DNA from: Gammaproteobacteria bacterium
GTDB taxonomy: Bacteria > Pseudomonadota > Gammaproteobacteria > GCA-002705445 > GCA-002716945
DNA: 64,000 bases
Direction: 5' to 3'
Assembly (NCBI GenBank): GCA_038142325.1
Contig: JAYQJW010000002.1
Coordinates: 288,001-352,000, forward strand
Of the stretch, positions 15,884 through 26,186 are shown piece after piece. The translations under genes were made by a program, and so were the position numbers. The notes beneath the pieces are model-generated. The model saw nothing but the letters and a program-made list of their open reading frames with translations, ran no database searches and had not been told where the DNA came from. Within the stretch, counting starts at the first letter, position 1. Each line of letters opens with the position of its first letter.

Positions 15884-17602
15884 ATGGCAACAAATATAAA
15901 ATTAATGGCAGTTATCTTATTGATATTTCTAGTGTCTTGTAGCAGTCAAAATTCGTCTGAATCTTCAAAAAATATGAGCAAAGCGCCATATTCAGATGTA
16001 GATTCAAATTTCAAATACAATTCCATATACAATAAATTAGTTGTTGAATTATCACTTCATAAAAATAAGGATGATGAAGCTTTAGAGACTTTTACTTCAA
16101 ACATAAAATATTTCAACGAAGAAAGTGTTTTCTTACGCATGGTTAACAAAGCTCGTGATATGAGAAAATTTGATTACGTAAATAAAATCTCTTCAAGATG
16201 GCTTCAAGTTGACCCCTTAAATGTATCTGCACATAAGATTGCATTTTCTAATAATCTAGAAACGTCAAGTTATGATCAGGCAACCTATCATTTTGAATTT
16301 TTATTTAATGCTTACAAAGAAAACAATAATAAATCATATATTAATATAGAGGATATATTATCTAGAAATATTATTGTTAGTAACATCATTGAATTCTTTG
16401 AGATGAACATAAAACATTATGATAGCGATGAGTTACTATTTCATTACGTTGATATTCTTCAAAAAAATGATTTAGATAATATTGTAATCCCATACTTAAA
16501 TAAGACTAGTTATGAAAACAATAGAATTATCTCAAGAAAGTATTCAAATTCATTGGCCAAACTTAATAGAACTGAGGAAGCAATAAATGTTCTCGAAAAT
16601 TATATTGCCACATCAACCATTACAGACAGGGAGGCTTTATATGACTTGTTAGGATTATATTTGCAAAAGAAAGACACAGAAATGATTGATGAGCTTGTGA
16701 GAAAATTAGTTAATATTGATCCCGAAGACAGTGACTTTATGTTCAGACTAGCATTGTTGTGTTTTGATAAAAATAATTTTGATTTTGCTGAGAAATATTT
16801 CAATATTTTATTATCAAAATCATATGCTCCAGACAATATTAACTTTTTCCTGGGTCAAATTGACTTTAATAATGGACGTTATCAAGAAGCACTTCGCCAT
16901 TATGAAAAAATTCAACAAGGAACATTTATAAATACTAAACTATTGAATGTAGCTAGAGCACTTTCTCGACAATACGGTACATCCCAAGCAGTATCTTATC
17001 TTGAGGAGGAAGTGAAAATAAAAACAAAAAATGATCTTTTAAATTTACTATCTCTAAAGTTATCTATCTATCAAGAACCATATGACATAAATAAAGTTAT
17101 TGATTTAAGCAATGAAATTATCAAATTATTTCCAAGAAATGAACGTGCTCTTTACACGCGTGCACTTGCATATGAAAAGAATGGCGATATTGAGAATATG
17201 ATGAAAGATTTTGAAATGATGATTGATGCTGATCCATATAATTCTGTAGCATTAAATGCCTATGGTTACAGCCTTTCTCTTCACAAGAAAAAGTTAGATT
17301 ATGCTGAAAAACTTATCCGAAGAGCAATAGAAGTTGATCCAGGTAATGCAGCTATATTAGATAGTCTCGCGTGGGTTCTTTATCTCAAAGGTTCATACGA
17401 AAAAGCTTATAACTACTCAAAGCTTGCATACAGCAAAGATCAAGACCCAGAGATTGTTAGTCACTACTATAAGATATTATTAAAAAATGGTTATGCTGAT
17501 GAGGCTCAAAAAATCCTACAAAAATCTATCAAAGATAATCCAAACAATGAGCATTTGCTAAATCTTTTAAATCACATAAATAATGAATCAGCTCAGTTGT
17601 AA
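15884..17602 (+). CDS. TPR-repeat lipoprotein (PA4667-like, divergent from hemA)
   Basis: Lipobox LVSC; ALNAYGYSL, AILDSLAWVLY, DPEIVSH TPR motifs; conserved position. Confidence 0.8.
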   Translation: MATNIKLMAVILLIFLVSCSSQNSSESSKNMSKAPYSDVDSNFKYNSIYNKLVVELSLHKNKDDEALETFTSNIKYFNEESVFLRMVNKARDMRKFDYVNKISSRWLQVDPLNVSAHKIAFSNNLETSSYDQATYHFEFLFNAYKENNNKSYINIEDILSRNIIVSNIIEFFEMNIKHYDSDELLFHYVDILQKNDLDNIVIPYLNKTSYENNRIISRKYSNSLAKLNRTEEAINVLENYIATSTITDREALYDLLGLYLQKKDTEMIDELVRKLVNIDPEDSDFMFRLALLCFDKNNFDFAEKYFNILLSKSYAPDNINFFLGQIDFNNGRYQEALRHYEKIQQGTFINTKLLNVARALSRQYGTSQAVSYLEEEVKIKTKNDLLNLLSLKLSIYQEPYDINKVIDLSNEIIKLFPRNERALYTRALAYEKNGDIENMMKDFEMMIDADPYNSVALNAYGYSLSLHKKKLDYAEKLIRRAIEVDPGNAAILDSLAWVLYLKGSYEKAYNYSKLAYSKDQDPEIVSHYYKILLKNGYADEAQKILQKSIKDNPNNEHLLNLLNHINNESAQL

Positions 17603-18408
17603 TTCATATGCAAAACTAAACCTTTGTTTACATGTATTAGATAAGCGTAAAGATGGATTTCATAATATTCAAAGTATATTTCAGCCGATAGATTTAAGTG
17701 ATCAGCTCACTTTCAAATTAAAAGATGAGGTAATAATAGAATTAAAAACTAATTCTAATGATCTTAATATAAGTAATAATCTCATCACGAAAGCTTATAA
17801 TTTATTACATCGAAGATTTCAGTTTTCAGCATGGACTAGAAATTACCCTTCATAAAAATATACCTATTGGAGCGGGACTTGGAGGGGGTAGTTCTAATGC
17901 TGCCTGTACTTTGTTAGCAATGGATAGAATATTTAATCTAAACATTCCTAAAAACCAACTTATATCATACGCAGAAGAACTAGGTTCAGATGTGCCATTT
18001 TTCATTTATAATAATCCCATGATAGTTTCAGGGAGGGGGGAGAAGCTAAAAAAGGTATCTTTGCCAAGGAAATTCTTTGTTTTGATTTTATCTGATATTT
18101 CTATTTCGACTGGCGATATCTTTAATTGCCTTAATTCAACACACTATTCACGACCCATTGATGATTTGAAATTAATTAGCTCGACTACAAACTGTTTTGA
18201 GTCATTGGTAATGAGCAAATACCCTCAACTATTGGAGACAAAATATTGGCTTTCCTCCTTTGGTAAGGTTAGAATGTCCGGTACGGGAAGCACGCTATAC
18301 ATTGAATTTGATAGTTACGAAAGTGCTAGAGAAGCTGATAAGGAAATTGGAAAAAGATACAAATCAAAAATGGTGAGTAGTCTTGATTCATATGATATTT
18401 TTTCTTAA
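17583..18408 (+). CDS. ispE: 4-diphosphocytidyl-2-C-methyl-D-erythritol kinase (frameshift near 17810)
   Basis: AKLNLCLHV...DGFHNI, KNIPIGAGLGGGSSNAA (17855-17903), GSDVPFF, MSGTGS. Confidence 0.93.
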
Positions 18409-18413
18409 TAATT

Positions 18414-18485
18414 TGGGGTGTAGCCAAGCGGTAAGGCAGCGGGTTTTGATCCCGTCATTCGGAGGTTCGAATCCTTCCACCCCAG
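18414..18485 (+). tRNA. tRNA-Gln (TTG); CCA not encoded
   Basis: TGGGGTG/CACCCCA acceptor stem, GCGGG-TTTTGAT-CCCGT anticodon arm, GGAGG-TTCGAAT-CCTTC T arm; canonical ispE-prs position. Confidence 0.96.
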
Positions 18486-18500
18486 ATTTTCAGGTGATTT

Positions 18501-19454
18501 ATGGTTGATATAAAATCCACAATGATCTTTTCAGGTAATGCCAATAAGCCTTTAGCTAAAATGGTTGCTCAAAATTTAGGTATGACTCTTGGTAAAGCTT
18601 CTGTAAAAACATTCAGCGATGGTGAAATATCAGTCGAAATAGAAGAAAACGTCAGAGGACAAGATGTCTATATAATCCAACCGCTTTGTGATCCTGTAAA
18701 CAACAATCTCATGGAAGTGTTAATAATGGCAGATGCTTTGAAGCGTTCCTCAGTAGAGAGAATTTCCGTGGTACTTCCATATTTTGGATATTCTCGCCAG
18801 GATAGAAGAGCGAGATCTGCTAGGGTACCTATAACTGCAAAAGTTGTTGCTAATATGCTTACAGTTATGGGAGTTGAAAGATTATTAACTATTGACTTAC
18901 ATGCTGATCAGATACAAGGTTTTTTTGATATTCCAGTTGATAATGTCTATGCAACACCACTTTTCCTAGCTGACATTCATAAGCAAAATTATGACAACTT
19001 AATAGTAGTCTCTCCTGATGTTGGAGGAGTAGTTCGTGCAAGAGCTCTAGCAAAACAACTCAATTGCGATTTAGCAATTGTTGATAAAAGAAGACCTGAG
19101 GCTAATGTTTCAGAAGTAATGCAAATCATTGGCGATATTAAAGGTAAATGCTGCATAATTGTTGATGATATTTGTGATACCGCTGGAACTTTATGTCATG
19201 CTGCTGATGCACTGAAAGATGAGGGCGCATCATCTGTATATGCCTACATCACCCATCCAATTTTTTCAGGTAAGGCAGATCAAAATATTAAAGAATCAAC
19301 AATAGATGGTATCATTGTGACAGATACCATTAAATTATCTAAAAAAATTGCCGATACAGGCAAAATAAGACAGATAACTGTCTCAGAAATGCTAGCCGAA
19401 ACTCTTAGACGAATTGATAATAAAGAATCTGTTAGTTCACTTTTTGTAGAATAA
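18501..19454 (+). CDS. prs: Ribose-phosphate pyrophosphokinase
   Basis: [45 protein letters not shown]. Confidence 0.97.
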   Translation: MVDIKSTMIFSGNANKPLAKMVAQNLGMTLGKASVKTFSDGEISVEIEENVRGQDVYIIQPLCDPVNNNLMEVLIMADALKRSSVERISVVLPYFGYSRQDRRARSARVPITAKVVANMLTVMGVERLLTIDLHADQIQGFFDIPVDNVYATPLFLADIHKQNYDNLIVVSPDVGGVVRARALAKQLNCDLAIVDKRRPEANVSEVMQIIGDIKGKCCIIVDDICDTAGTLCHAADALKDEGASSVYAYITHPIFSGKADQNIKESTIDGIIVTDTIKLSKKIADTGKIRQITVSEMLAETLRRIDNKESVSSLFVE

Positions 19455-19481
19455 GAGTATAATCCATCTGAAAAATAAATT

Positions 19482-20172
19482 ATGACTACACAATACGAAC
19501 TTCAAGCGACTGAAAGAGATACCATAGGGTCTTCTAGCTCTAAAAAAATTAGAAGAGATAATGGTATACCTGCTGTTATTTATGGAGCTAAAGCTAGCAA
19601 CAGCATAACTCTTGATGCAAATGAAGTTTCGAAAAAAATAAGAGACACCGGATTTTACAGCAATGTTATTCAGCTTAAAATTGGTAAAAAAACTGTTGAT
19701 GTTATTTTGAAAGATCTACAAAGAGATCCAAGAAAATCCTCTATCACTCATATGGATTTCTTAGCTATTGATAAGAACAAAGCGGTTGTGGTCAACGTTC
19801 CAATTATGTTTGTCAATGAAGAAACTTGTGCCGGCGTAAAACTAGGTGGAGGCAAATTATCTCATATTCAAACACAGCTTGAAGTTTCTTGTTTACCAAA
19901 AGATATTCCAGAAAGCATAGAGATTGATGTTGCTGATCTAGAACTCGGTCACAGTGTACACTTGTCAGAAATTAAACTTCCAGCAAATGTTAACTCATGC
20001 TGTTGCTGTTGATGAAGAACATGATTCGCCAATTATAAGTTGTTATGAACCTAGAGCTGAAAAAGAAGAAAGTTGTAGAAGCTGCTGCAGATGATAGCGT
20101 GAACAAAAAGAGAGCTCTGAAGATAAAAAGGATGCAGAAGCATCCCCTGATGATAAAGCTGATAATAAATAA
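19482..20172 (+). CDS. rplY: 50S ribosomal protein L25/CTC (frameshifted acidic tail)
   Basis: IPAVIYG, HMDF, GVKLGGG, IPESIEIDV; acidic tail in alternate frames ends at TAA 20170-20172. Confidence 0.92.
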
Positions 20173-20183
20173 TTTCCACTCAA

Positions 20184-20783
20184 ATGATACCAACAAACAA
20201 TCCTCCATTATTGATTGTAGGTCTTGGTAATCCAGATTCTAAATTTCTTAACACTCGCCACAATATCGGTTTTTGGTTTATTGATTCTCTAATTGAACGC
20301 CTAAATGTTTCATTTATTGATAATCTTAAAAAAGGTTATTTAGACGTTCATTATGAATTAGGTTCTAGAAGCCTAAAATTTTTAAAAGCAATGACCTTTA
20401 TTAATGACAGTGGTACACCGTTAAATAAATTTATAAAAAATACCAATATATTACCAGAGCAAATTATTGTAGCTTACGATGATTTAGATCTATTGCCTGG
20501 ACAAGTTAGATTAAAATTCTCTGGTGGCAGTGGAGGGCATAATGGCATCAAAGACATCATAGAAAAACTTGGAACTAAAGATTTTTGGAGACTAAAAATT
20601 GGTATAGGGAAACCACAACATAAAGATGAAGTTATATCTTATGTACTTGGAAAACCATCGCCTGAGGATAAAAATAATATTAAATCAAGCATTGATGATA
20701 TTTTGAATTATTCAGAGGAACTTATGTCAGGTGATTATTCAAGTTTCATGAATAAAATTAATGGTGTAAAAAATGGGATTTAA
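20184..20783 (+). CDS. pth: Peptidyl-tRNA hydrolase
   Basis: IVGLGNP, TRHNIGF, GGHNG, RLKIGIG. Confidence 0.96.
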   Translation: MIPTNNPPLLIVGLGNPDSKFLNTRHNIGFWFIDSLIERLNVSFIDNLKKGYLDVHYELGSRSLKFLKAMTFINDSGTPLNKFIKNTNILPEQIIVAYDDLDLLPGQVRLKFSGGSGGHNGIKDIIEKLGTKDFWRLKIGIGKPQHKDEVISYVLGKPSPEDKNNIKSSIDDILNYSEELMSGDYSSFMNKINGVKNGI

Positions 20784-21849
20784 ATGTGGTCTTGTTGGGA
20801 TGCCAAATGTTGGTAAATCCTCAATTTTTAATTTATTAACCTCTCAAAAAATAGATGCTAAAAATTTTCCTTTCTGCACCATTGATCCAAACGTAGCCAC
20901 AGTAGAAGTACCGGATGAAAGACTAGACAAGTTATCAGATTTGAATTCATCAAAAAGTAAAGTTAATGCAGTCATTGAATTTGTAGATATTGCAGGACTA
21001 ATAAAAGGCGCATCAAAGGGTGAGGGTTTAGGAAATGATTTTTTAACCCACATCAGAAATACTGATGCAATAGCACATGTTGTTAGATTTTTTGTTGATG
21101 ACGACATCATACATGTTAATGGCCAACCCAATCCAACTTCTGATTTTGATGATATTAATTCTGAGTTAATACTATCTGATATATCAACCCTTGAGAATTT
21201 AACAAAGAGAGTTACAAAAAGTAAATCGAGCGAGAAAGAAAAGTCGTCTTTACTAGAAGAAGTAAACACAGCTATTGAAATACTTAATGATAATAAGTTT
21301 TTAAATTCAAATAATCTAAAAAAAGTAAAAGAAGCATTTCCTGATATAAAAATGTTAACCCAAAAACCTATGTTTGTTATCGCAAATATTAATGAAGATA
21401 CAAATAAAGAGGATGTTGAATTATTTAAAAACAATCTTCCAAACAATATTGTGCTAGTTGATATGAATGTAAAAATAGAAACAGATTTAAATGAGTTGTC
21501 TGATGAAGAAAAGATAGAGTTTATGAAGGAATTTAATATTTCTGAATCAGCATTATCTAAAATTATAAAAACAGGATACAGTTTGTTAGATTTAAAAACA
21601 TTTTTTACTTCTGGTGAGAAGGAATCAAGAGCATGGGCTGCAAAAAAGTATTTCAATGCATATGAATGTTCGGGTATCATACATACTGATATCCAAAAAG
21701 GATTTATAAGGGCTGAAACAGTATCTTATGATGACTACATTATTAGCGGTAGTGAGCTGGCTTCAAAAGCTAATGGTGTTTGGAGACAAGAAGGAAAAGA
21801 TTATGTTGTTAATGAAGGTGATGTAATCTATTTTAGATTTAATGTTTAA
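20773..21849 (+). CDS. ychF: Redox-regulated ATPase YchF
   Basis: GMPNVGKS, NFPFCTIDPN, DIAGLIKGASKGEGLG, C-terminal FRFNV. Confidence 0.97.
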   Translation: MGFKCGLVGMPNVGKSSIFNLLTSQKIDAKNFPFCTIDPNVATVEVPDERLDKLSDLNSSKSKVNAVIEFVDIAGLIKGASKGEGLGNDFLTHIRNTDAIAHVVRFFVDDDIIHVNGQPNPTSDFDDINSELILSDISTLENLTKRVTKSKSSEKEKSSLLEEVNTAIEILNDNKFLNSNNLKKVKEAFPDIKMLTQKPMFVIANINEDTNKEDVELFKNNLPNNIVLVDMNVKIETDLNELSDEEKIEFMKEFNISESALSKIIKTGYSLLDLKTFFTSGEKESRAWAAKKYFNAYECSGIIHTDIQKGFIRAETVSYDDYIISGSELASKANGVWRQEGKDYVVNEGDVIYFRFNV

Positions 21850-21916
21850 GGTCATGTAGCTCAGTTGGTTAGAGCACAGCACTCATAACGCTGCGGTCGG
21901 TGGTTCAAGTCCACCC
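21850..21916 (+). tRNA. Elongator tRNA-Met (CAT), 3' acceptor strand missing
   Basis: GGTCATG-TAGCTCAGTTGGTTAGAGC-A-CAGCA-CTCATAA-CGCTG-CGGTC-GGTGG-TTCAAGT-CCACC-C, then TTAGAAT instead of the expected ATGACCA; canonical position after ychF. Confidence 0.85.
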
Positions 21917-22009
21917 TTAGAATATCGGTATGTGATGTTTCAAAAAATTTACTGCAACGACACCAGCAATACCCTCATTCTCAGCTTTATAAATTGGGAA
22001 TTTCTTTGA

Positions 22010-22700
22010 TATTGTTTTCTGTATTTCTGTAGATGTAGTTATTTATATCAAACAGTTCAATATCAGAGACCGAAGTAAGTTATGGAAATTCCAATATTTC
22101 AATATTCATTAACTTTGAGATTATCCAACCATAAAATGTTTTTCTGTATTCTGTAGTGCAAACAATACCGAAGTAGGAAATTCAACACCAATATTATCAT
22201 TTTCATTCATTTGGCAATAGTGCGCTTGCTGGATAACACGCAACATTTATTACTACAATTTTAGATGCATAAGAAAAAATATCTTTTAAAACTGACTGTA
22301 CATCAGCGATGAATATGTGTTCCAGTACATCAAAGTTAAGAACTGCATCTGAGACCACTCTTTCATCAATATTTCTAGCAGGTTCATATCTATTTACCTT
22401 TTCCAAACAGTAAAACTCTTTTGCAGATTTACCTGAGGTATCAAATCCTTTCATATTCCAATCAGAACCGCCGCAACCATAATCAGAACAGATTTCACAT
22501 TTATAAATGCAGAATTAATATGATCCCTGTAATATCTCGATTCAAAATCAGAAAAGGCATCATTAACCTTTTCACCACTATGTCTCATGTAGCCATTATT
22601 ATAGATTTATATAACAGTAGCTCTTCACCCTTTTTACTCAACATAATTTATAAGATAACTATGGCAGCATATTTTTACAACTTAAAATGCGAATAGGAAT
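22010..22700 (-). pseudogene. Class I SAM-dependent methyltransferase, fragmented or garbled
   Basis: Minus strand gives ...EKVNDAFSDFESRYYRDHI...KSVL(D)YGCGGSDWNMKGF...FDVLEHIF...INVACYPASALLPN across frameshifts; ends approximate. Confidence 0.6.
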
Positions 22701-22756
22701 GGGAATAGAGATATTTTGATTACCCATATATAGCTATAAATAGTGACATTCTGTTT

Positions 22757-22769
22757 CACCCATGTCCAC
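22757..22769 (+). repeat. Possible displaced tRNA-Met 3' end (att-like remnant)
   Basis: CACCCATGTCCAC matches the expected tRNA end CACCCATGACCAC at 12/13. Confidence 0.4.
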
Positions 22770-22782
22770 TAAACTTCTATTT

Positions 22783-24171
22783 TCAGGCAATTTTTAAAGC
22801 ACTTCTTCTGAACTTTAATTTTTTCTCTATATGTTTAATCAGTAGTGACGCTATATCCTTTTGGCTTACTGATTCAATACCCTCTAAACCAGGTGAGGAA
22901 TTAACCTCTAAAACTAGTGGTCCACGATTTGAGTTGATGATATCAACTCCAGCTACATCAAGATTAAGTGCTTTGCATGCTTTAACAGCAAGCGCTCTGA
23001 TTCTTTTTGAAATAATGATTTTTTCTGCAGTACCACCAAGATGCATGTTAGCTCTGAATTCACCAGCTGCTGCAATTCTTTTATATGCACTTATCACTCT
23101 TCCACCTAATATAAAACACCTTATGTCTTGGCCAGAAGATTCTTTAATAAACTCTTGAACAAGTAAGTTTGCTTTTAGAGCTTTAAAACCGTTGATTACA
23201 GATTGAGCAGCTTTTTTAGTTTCAGCTAAAACAACACCTCTTCCTTGAGCACTCTCTAAAAGTTTCACTATAAGCGGAGATCCGCCTACCATATCTATAA
23301 GCTCGTCAGTCTCTACTGGAGAGTTGGCAAATCCTGTAACTGGGATATCAATATTCATCTCTTGTAAGCACTGTAGAGAATAAAGTTTATCACGTGAATT
23401 TCTAATCGCATCAGAATTGTTTAGACAAAATATATTCATAGATTGAAAATGTCTAATTAAAGAACATCCGTAGAATGTTTGACTAGGTCGTATCCTTGGT
23501 ATAACTGCATCTATATTATTTATAACTTCGCCACCTCTATAATGAATTTGTGGGAATTTATTATCTAGTTTTATGTAGCATTGCTTAATATTTAAAAAGG
23601 ACATTTTATGACCAGCTTTCTCACCAGCTTCGATGATTCTTCTGTTGCTATATAATGCAGGATTACTTGCTAAAAGAGCAATATGAAGACCTGATTTTTT
23701 TATTGTTTGTCTTTTATATAATCTTGAGATTGTTTTTTCTGTCTTATCTCCTTGAAGTAACTTTGAGTTTGGGTCGATTAATACGTCTTGGTTAATTGCT
23801 TCTCTGCCTATGAGCATTTTATAACCCATTGAACTTCTATTAGAGAGCGTTAGCTCAATCTCCCAAATTTGTTTACCAACTCTGATTGTTGTAGCTATAA
23901 CATATCTCATCTGTTTATCACCGAACGAGCTTTTTATTAACCTTTTATCTTTTTGAGGGGCAACACAATGGACACATATGTTTTTGTTATCTAATGGATA
24001 TACATCAAATGAGACATAGTCCTGACCATCTTTCTCAAATGATTTGATGTTGACCGCATGAATAGATGATGTTGTAGCACCCGTATCAATACGAGCTTTT
24101 ATTGCAGGTACATCAAGTTCTGGTAACGTACACCACTCCTCTGCGCTCATTATGAATTTTTTTCTAGCCAT
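22783..24171 (-). CDS. rimK: RimB-type retropepsin-like protease fused to RimK ATP-grasp glutamate ligase
   Basis: N-terminal ARIDTGATTSSIHA...MLIGR; C-terminal DAVIPRI, SRDKL, QGRGVVLAET, QEFIKE, FRANMHLGG, LEVNSSPGLEGIE. Confidence 0.9.
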   Translation of the reverse strand: MARKKFIMSAEEWCTLPELDVPAIKARIDTGATTSSIHAVNIKSFEKDGQDYVSFDVYPLDNKNICVHCVAPQKDKRLIKSSFGDKQMRYVIATTIRVGKQIWEIELTLSNRSSMGYKMLIGREAINQDVLIDPNSKLLQGDKTEKTISRLYKRQTIKKSGLHIALLASNPALYSNRRIIEAGEKAGHKMSFLNIKQCYIKLDNKFPQIHYRGGEVINNIDAVIPRIRPSQTFYGCSLIRHFQSMNIFCLNNSDAIRNSRDKLYSLQCLQEMNIDIPVTGFANSPVETDELIDMVGGSPLIVKLLESAQGRGVVLAETKKAAQSVINGFKALKANLLVQEFIKESSGQDIRCFILGGRVISAYKRIAAAGEFRANMHLGGTAEKIIISKRIRALAVKACKALNLDVAGVDIINSNRGPLVLEVNSSPGLEGIESVSQKDIASLLIKHIEKKLKFRRSALKIA

Positions 24172-24242
24172 TTATTTCAAGATTATATAAGAATAATTTC
24201 ATCTGACTACATAAAAAAATTAAAATATATTAAACTATTCTT

Positions 24243-24675
24243 ATGAGACAAATCTCCTTAATTGTGTTGATGACTTTCTTATTTGCATTAAATGCTTTTT
24301 CATATTCTCGTTATTCTAGTAATGAATCAAATCAAGAAAAAAAAAGTTTTCTTCATTACGCCGAGCAATGGCGAGGTTGTCACAAGTCCTTTTAGAGTTG
24401 AATTTGGGATAGAGTGGATGGAAATTGTTCCTGCTGGTGTAGATAAACCAATGTCTGGACACCACCATTTATTAATAAATCTTAAAAAACTTCCCAATAT
24501 GAAAATGCCAATTCCTGCAGATAAAAATCATTTACATTTTGGTAAAGGCCAAACTGAAACACAATTGGAATTGCCTAAAGGTAAGCATACATTACAACTC
24601 CTTCTGGGAAATCACCTTCATATACCTCATGATAAGCCACTCATATCTGAGAAGATTGAGATAACAGTAGAATAG
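24243..24675 (+). CDS. Secreted DUF4399-domain protein (frameshift in A-run near 24340)
   Basis: Signal peptide MRQISLIVLMTFLFALNAFS from ATG 24243, joining VFFITPSNG...SGHHHLLIN...HLHFGKGQTE...GKHTLQLLLGNHLH. Confidence 0.85.
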
Positions 24676-24692
24676 TTATTATAGTAAATTGA

Positions 24693-24854
24693 TTAATCTT
24701 TTAATCTTTTGAATGTGAAGACCCATTCGCGGTAATCATTACAATAATTAATAGTCACCAATTCCCACCCTTCTTCACCCATACTTGAGCTTTCTTCAAC
24801 TGCAATCCTCAGACCACCGGTTGATGTAAATGTTTTATATTCCCATTTAGTCAT
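24693..24854 (-). CDS. DUF4177-like small protein (53 aa)
   Basis: Hand-translated MTKWEYKT...MGEEGWELV...FTFKR; AAGGA ribosome-binding site. Confidence 0.75.
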   Translation of the reverse strand: MTKWEYKTFTSTGGLRIAVEESSSMGEEGWELVTINYCNDYREWVFTFKRLKD

Positions 24855-24881
24855 AATCTATATTCCTTATTCTTAATTAAA

Positions 24882-24983
24882 TTATATAACAAGTGAAATT
24901 ATATATACTCCAAGATATGCAAAGATAGTCAAAACAATAATTGCTATTATTATTCCTTTAAGAATTTTAATAAAATCAGACAA
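24882..24983 (-). CDS. 33-aa single-TM small protein
   Basis: TTG start after AAAGGA; MSDFIKILKGIIIAIIVLTIFAYLGVYIISLVI. Confidence 0.5.
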   Translation of the reverse strand: MSDFIKILKGIIIAIIVLTIFAYLGVYIISLVI

Positions 24984-24985
24984 GA

Positions 24986-25132
24986 CTATTCCTTTAATCT
25001 TGGATAATCATTCTCTGTCATTTCCTCATCGCATGAAGGCTTGAGATAATCTTTGACAATTTGCTCAGCTTTTTCCTTTTCTTTGATTTTTTTATCTATC
25101 GATTCGATTTTATTGTCTTCAGACTGATTCAT
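24986..25132 (-). CDS. 48-aa charged hypothetical protein coupled to csoR
   Basis: ATG overlaps csoR TGA (ATGA); MNQSEDNKIESIDKKIKEKEKAEQIVKDYLKPSCDEEMTENDYPRLKE. Confidence 0.5.
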   Translation of the reverse strand: MNQSEDNKIESIDKKIKEKEKAEQIVKDYLKPSCDEEMTENDYPRLKE

Positions 25133-25392
25133 TTGTTAACTAGTTTAATTAATTCTTCTATTTTAGTGTTCAGCTCACTTTTATTTTTAAACGACTGCTT
25201 TATACAAGACTCAGTGTGTTTATTGAGTACTTTAGACTCAACTCTTACTAATGCAGATTTCACAGCTTTAATTTGATTCAGTATATCGATACAATATTTT
25301 CCATCTTCAATCATCTTAATTACGCCCCTTACTTGACCTTCAATTCTTTTAAGAGATGCTAATTGTTCTTTATGAGAAGGGTGATGTGACAT
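25129..25392 (-). CDS. csoR: CsoR/RcnR-family metal-sensing repressor
   Basis: MSHHPSH...LKRIEGQVRG...YCIDILNQ...KHTESC; C34-H59-C63 with Y33 (Cu(I)-CsoR fingerprint) plus N-terminal histidines. Confidence 0.88.
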   Translation of the reverse strand: MSHHPSHKEQLASLKRIEGQVRGVIKMIEDGKYCIDILNQIKAVKSALVRVESKVLNKHTESCIKQSFKNKSELNTKIEELIKLVNK

Positions 25393-25393
25393 T

Positions 25394-25771
25394 TTATAAA
25401 TAGATAGGGAGAATGTATGTGAAGAAGCTTGCAAAAATGAAAATAGCTGCTGAAATATTGTAAATTTTAGAAGTCCTTTTTCTAGTCTTAAGACATGCAT
25501 CTTTTAATAAAGGATCTACCGGACATGGAAGAAGTTCAGCTTTTTTTATCAAAACTCCAGCCACGATTAAAAGAATTAGAGTAAAGATAGATATATAGAC
25601 TTTGTATTGCGATATTACAATAAGTTGAGGAATGGTATTAACTATTGATACGAATGTCGCTCCTGCACCAAGCGTAACAAACAGTGCTGGTAAAGCGCAG
25701 CATATTAAGGTTGATGATGACGCTAACAGAGTGAATAAACCAAGCCTGGATGAGTTTTCTTTTAATTTCAT
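25394..25771 (-). CDS. MerT-like three-TM metal transporter
   Basis: Cys pair in TM1 (LICCALP), second Cys pair in loop (CPVDPLLKDAC), three hydrophobic segments. Confidence 0.7.
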   Translation of the reverse strand: MKLKENSSRLGLFTLLASSSTLICCALPALFVTLGAGATFVSIVNTIPQLIVISQYKVYISIFTLILLIVAGVLIKKAELLPCPVDPLLKDACLKTRKRTSKIYNISAAIFIFASFFTYILPIYL

Positions 25772-26172
25772 GTTATTTTTTTAAGAATCATACCTGTAGC
25801 TGATTGACCATTTGATAAAAAGATATTTTTAATTTCTCCAAAATCAACCTTCTTAGCATTATCATAAGCTACTAAAACCTTACCTTTCTCTAAGCTAACG
25901 AGCACTTTTTTTACTAACTTATCATCATAAAAGGTCTTCTCGATTCCTCTAGCACAAAAATCGCATACCATTCCATTTACATCTATGATTACTACTTGAG
26001 AAGTGCCTAAATCAGCAATAAACTCATTATATATTTTTTGATCAAGGACAGTCTTAGATCCATCTACGCCTGTCATATTATTATGTTTATGAGAACCATG
26101 ATCATGCGGGTTATCCATTGCATGCAAGCTACCAGTAAACAAAAATATAAAAGCTAAAAATATTTTATACAT
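25768..26172 (-). CDS. Periplasmic heavy-metal-associated (HMA, MerP/CopZ-like) protein with His-rich N-terminus
   Basis: Signal peptide ending SLHA, HDHGSHKH, GMVCDFC. Confidence 0.85.
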   Translation of the reverse strand: MYKIFLAFIFLFTGSLHAMDNPHDHGSHKHNNMTGVDGSKTVLDQKIYNEFIADLGTSQVVIIDVNGMVCDFCARGIEKTFYDDKLVKKVLVSLEKGKVLVAYDNAKKVDFGEIKNIFLSNGQSATGMILKKIT

Positions 26173-26186
26173 ATATATCTCCTAAA

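Noticed and set aside
18414-18488. tRNA-Gln lacking encoded CCA
   Set aside because: Common in reduced genomes, where CCA is added enzymatically
20844-21680. Long antisense ORFs (278 aa opposite ychF, and shorter ones opposite thiC, metY, mreB, rimK, moaE, purM)
   Set aside because: Shadow frames of well-conserved genes with no recognisable motifs
22010-22205. Imperfect tandem duplication (TTTTCTGTAT(T)TCTGTAG...ACCGAAGTA...GGAAATTC) as a repeat array
   Set aside because: Only two degenerate copies of the methyltransferase C-terminus in a noisy stretch; no CRISPR-like periodicity
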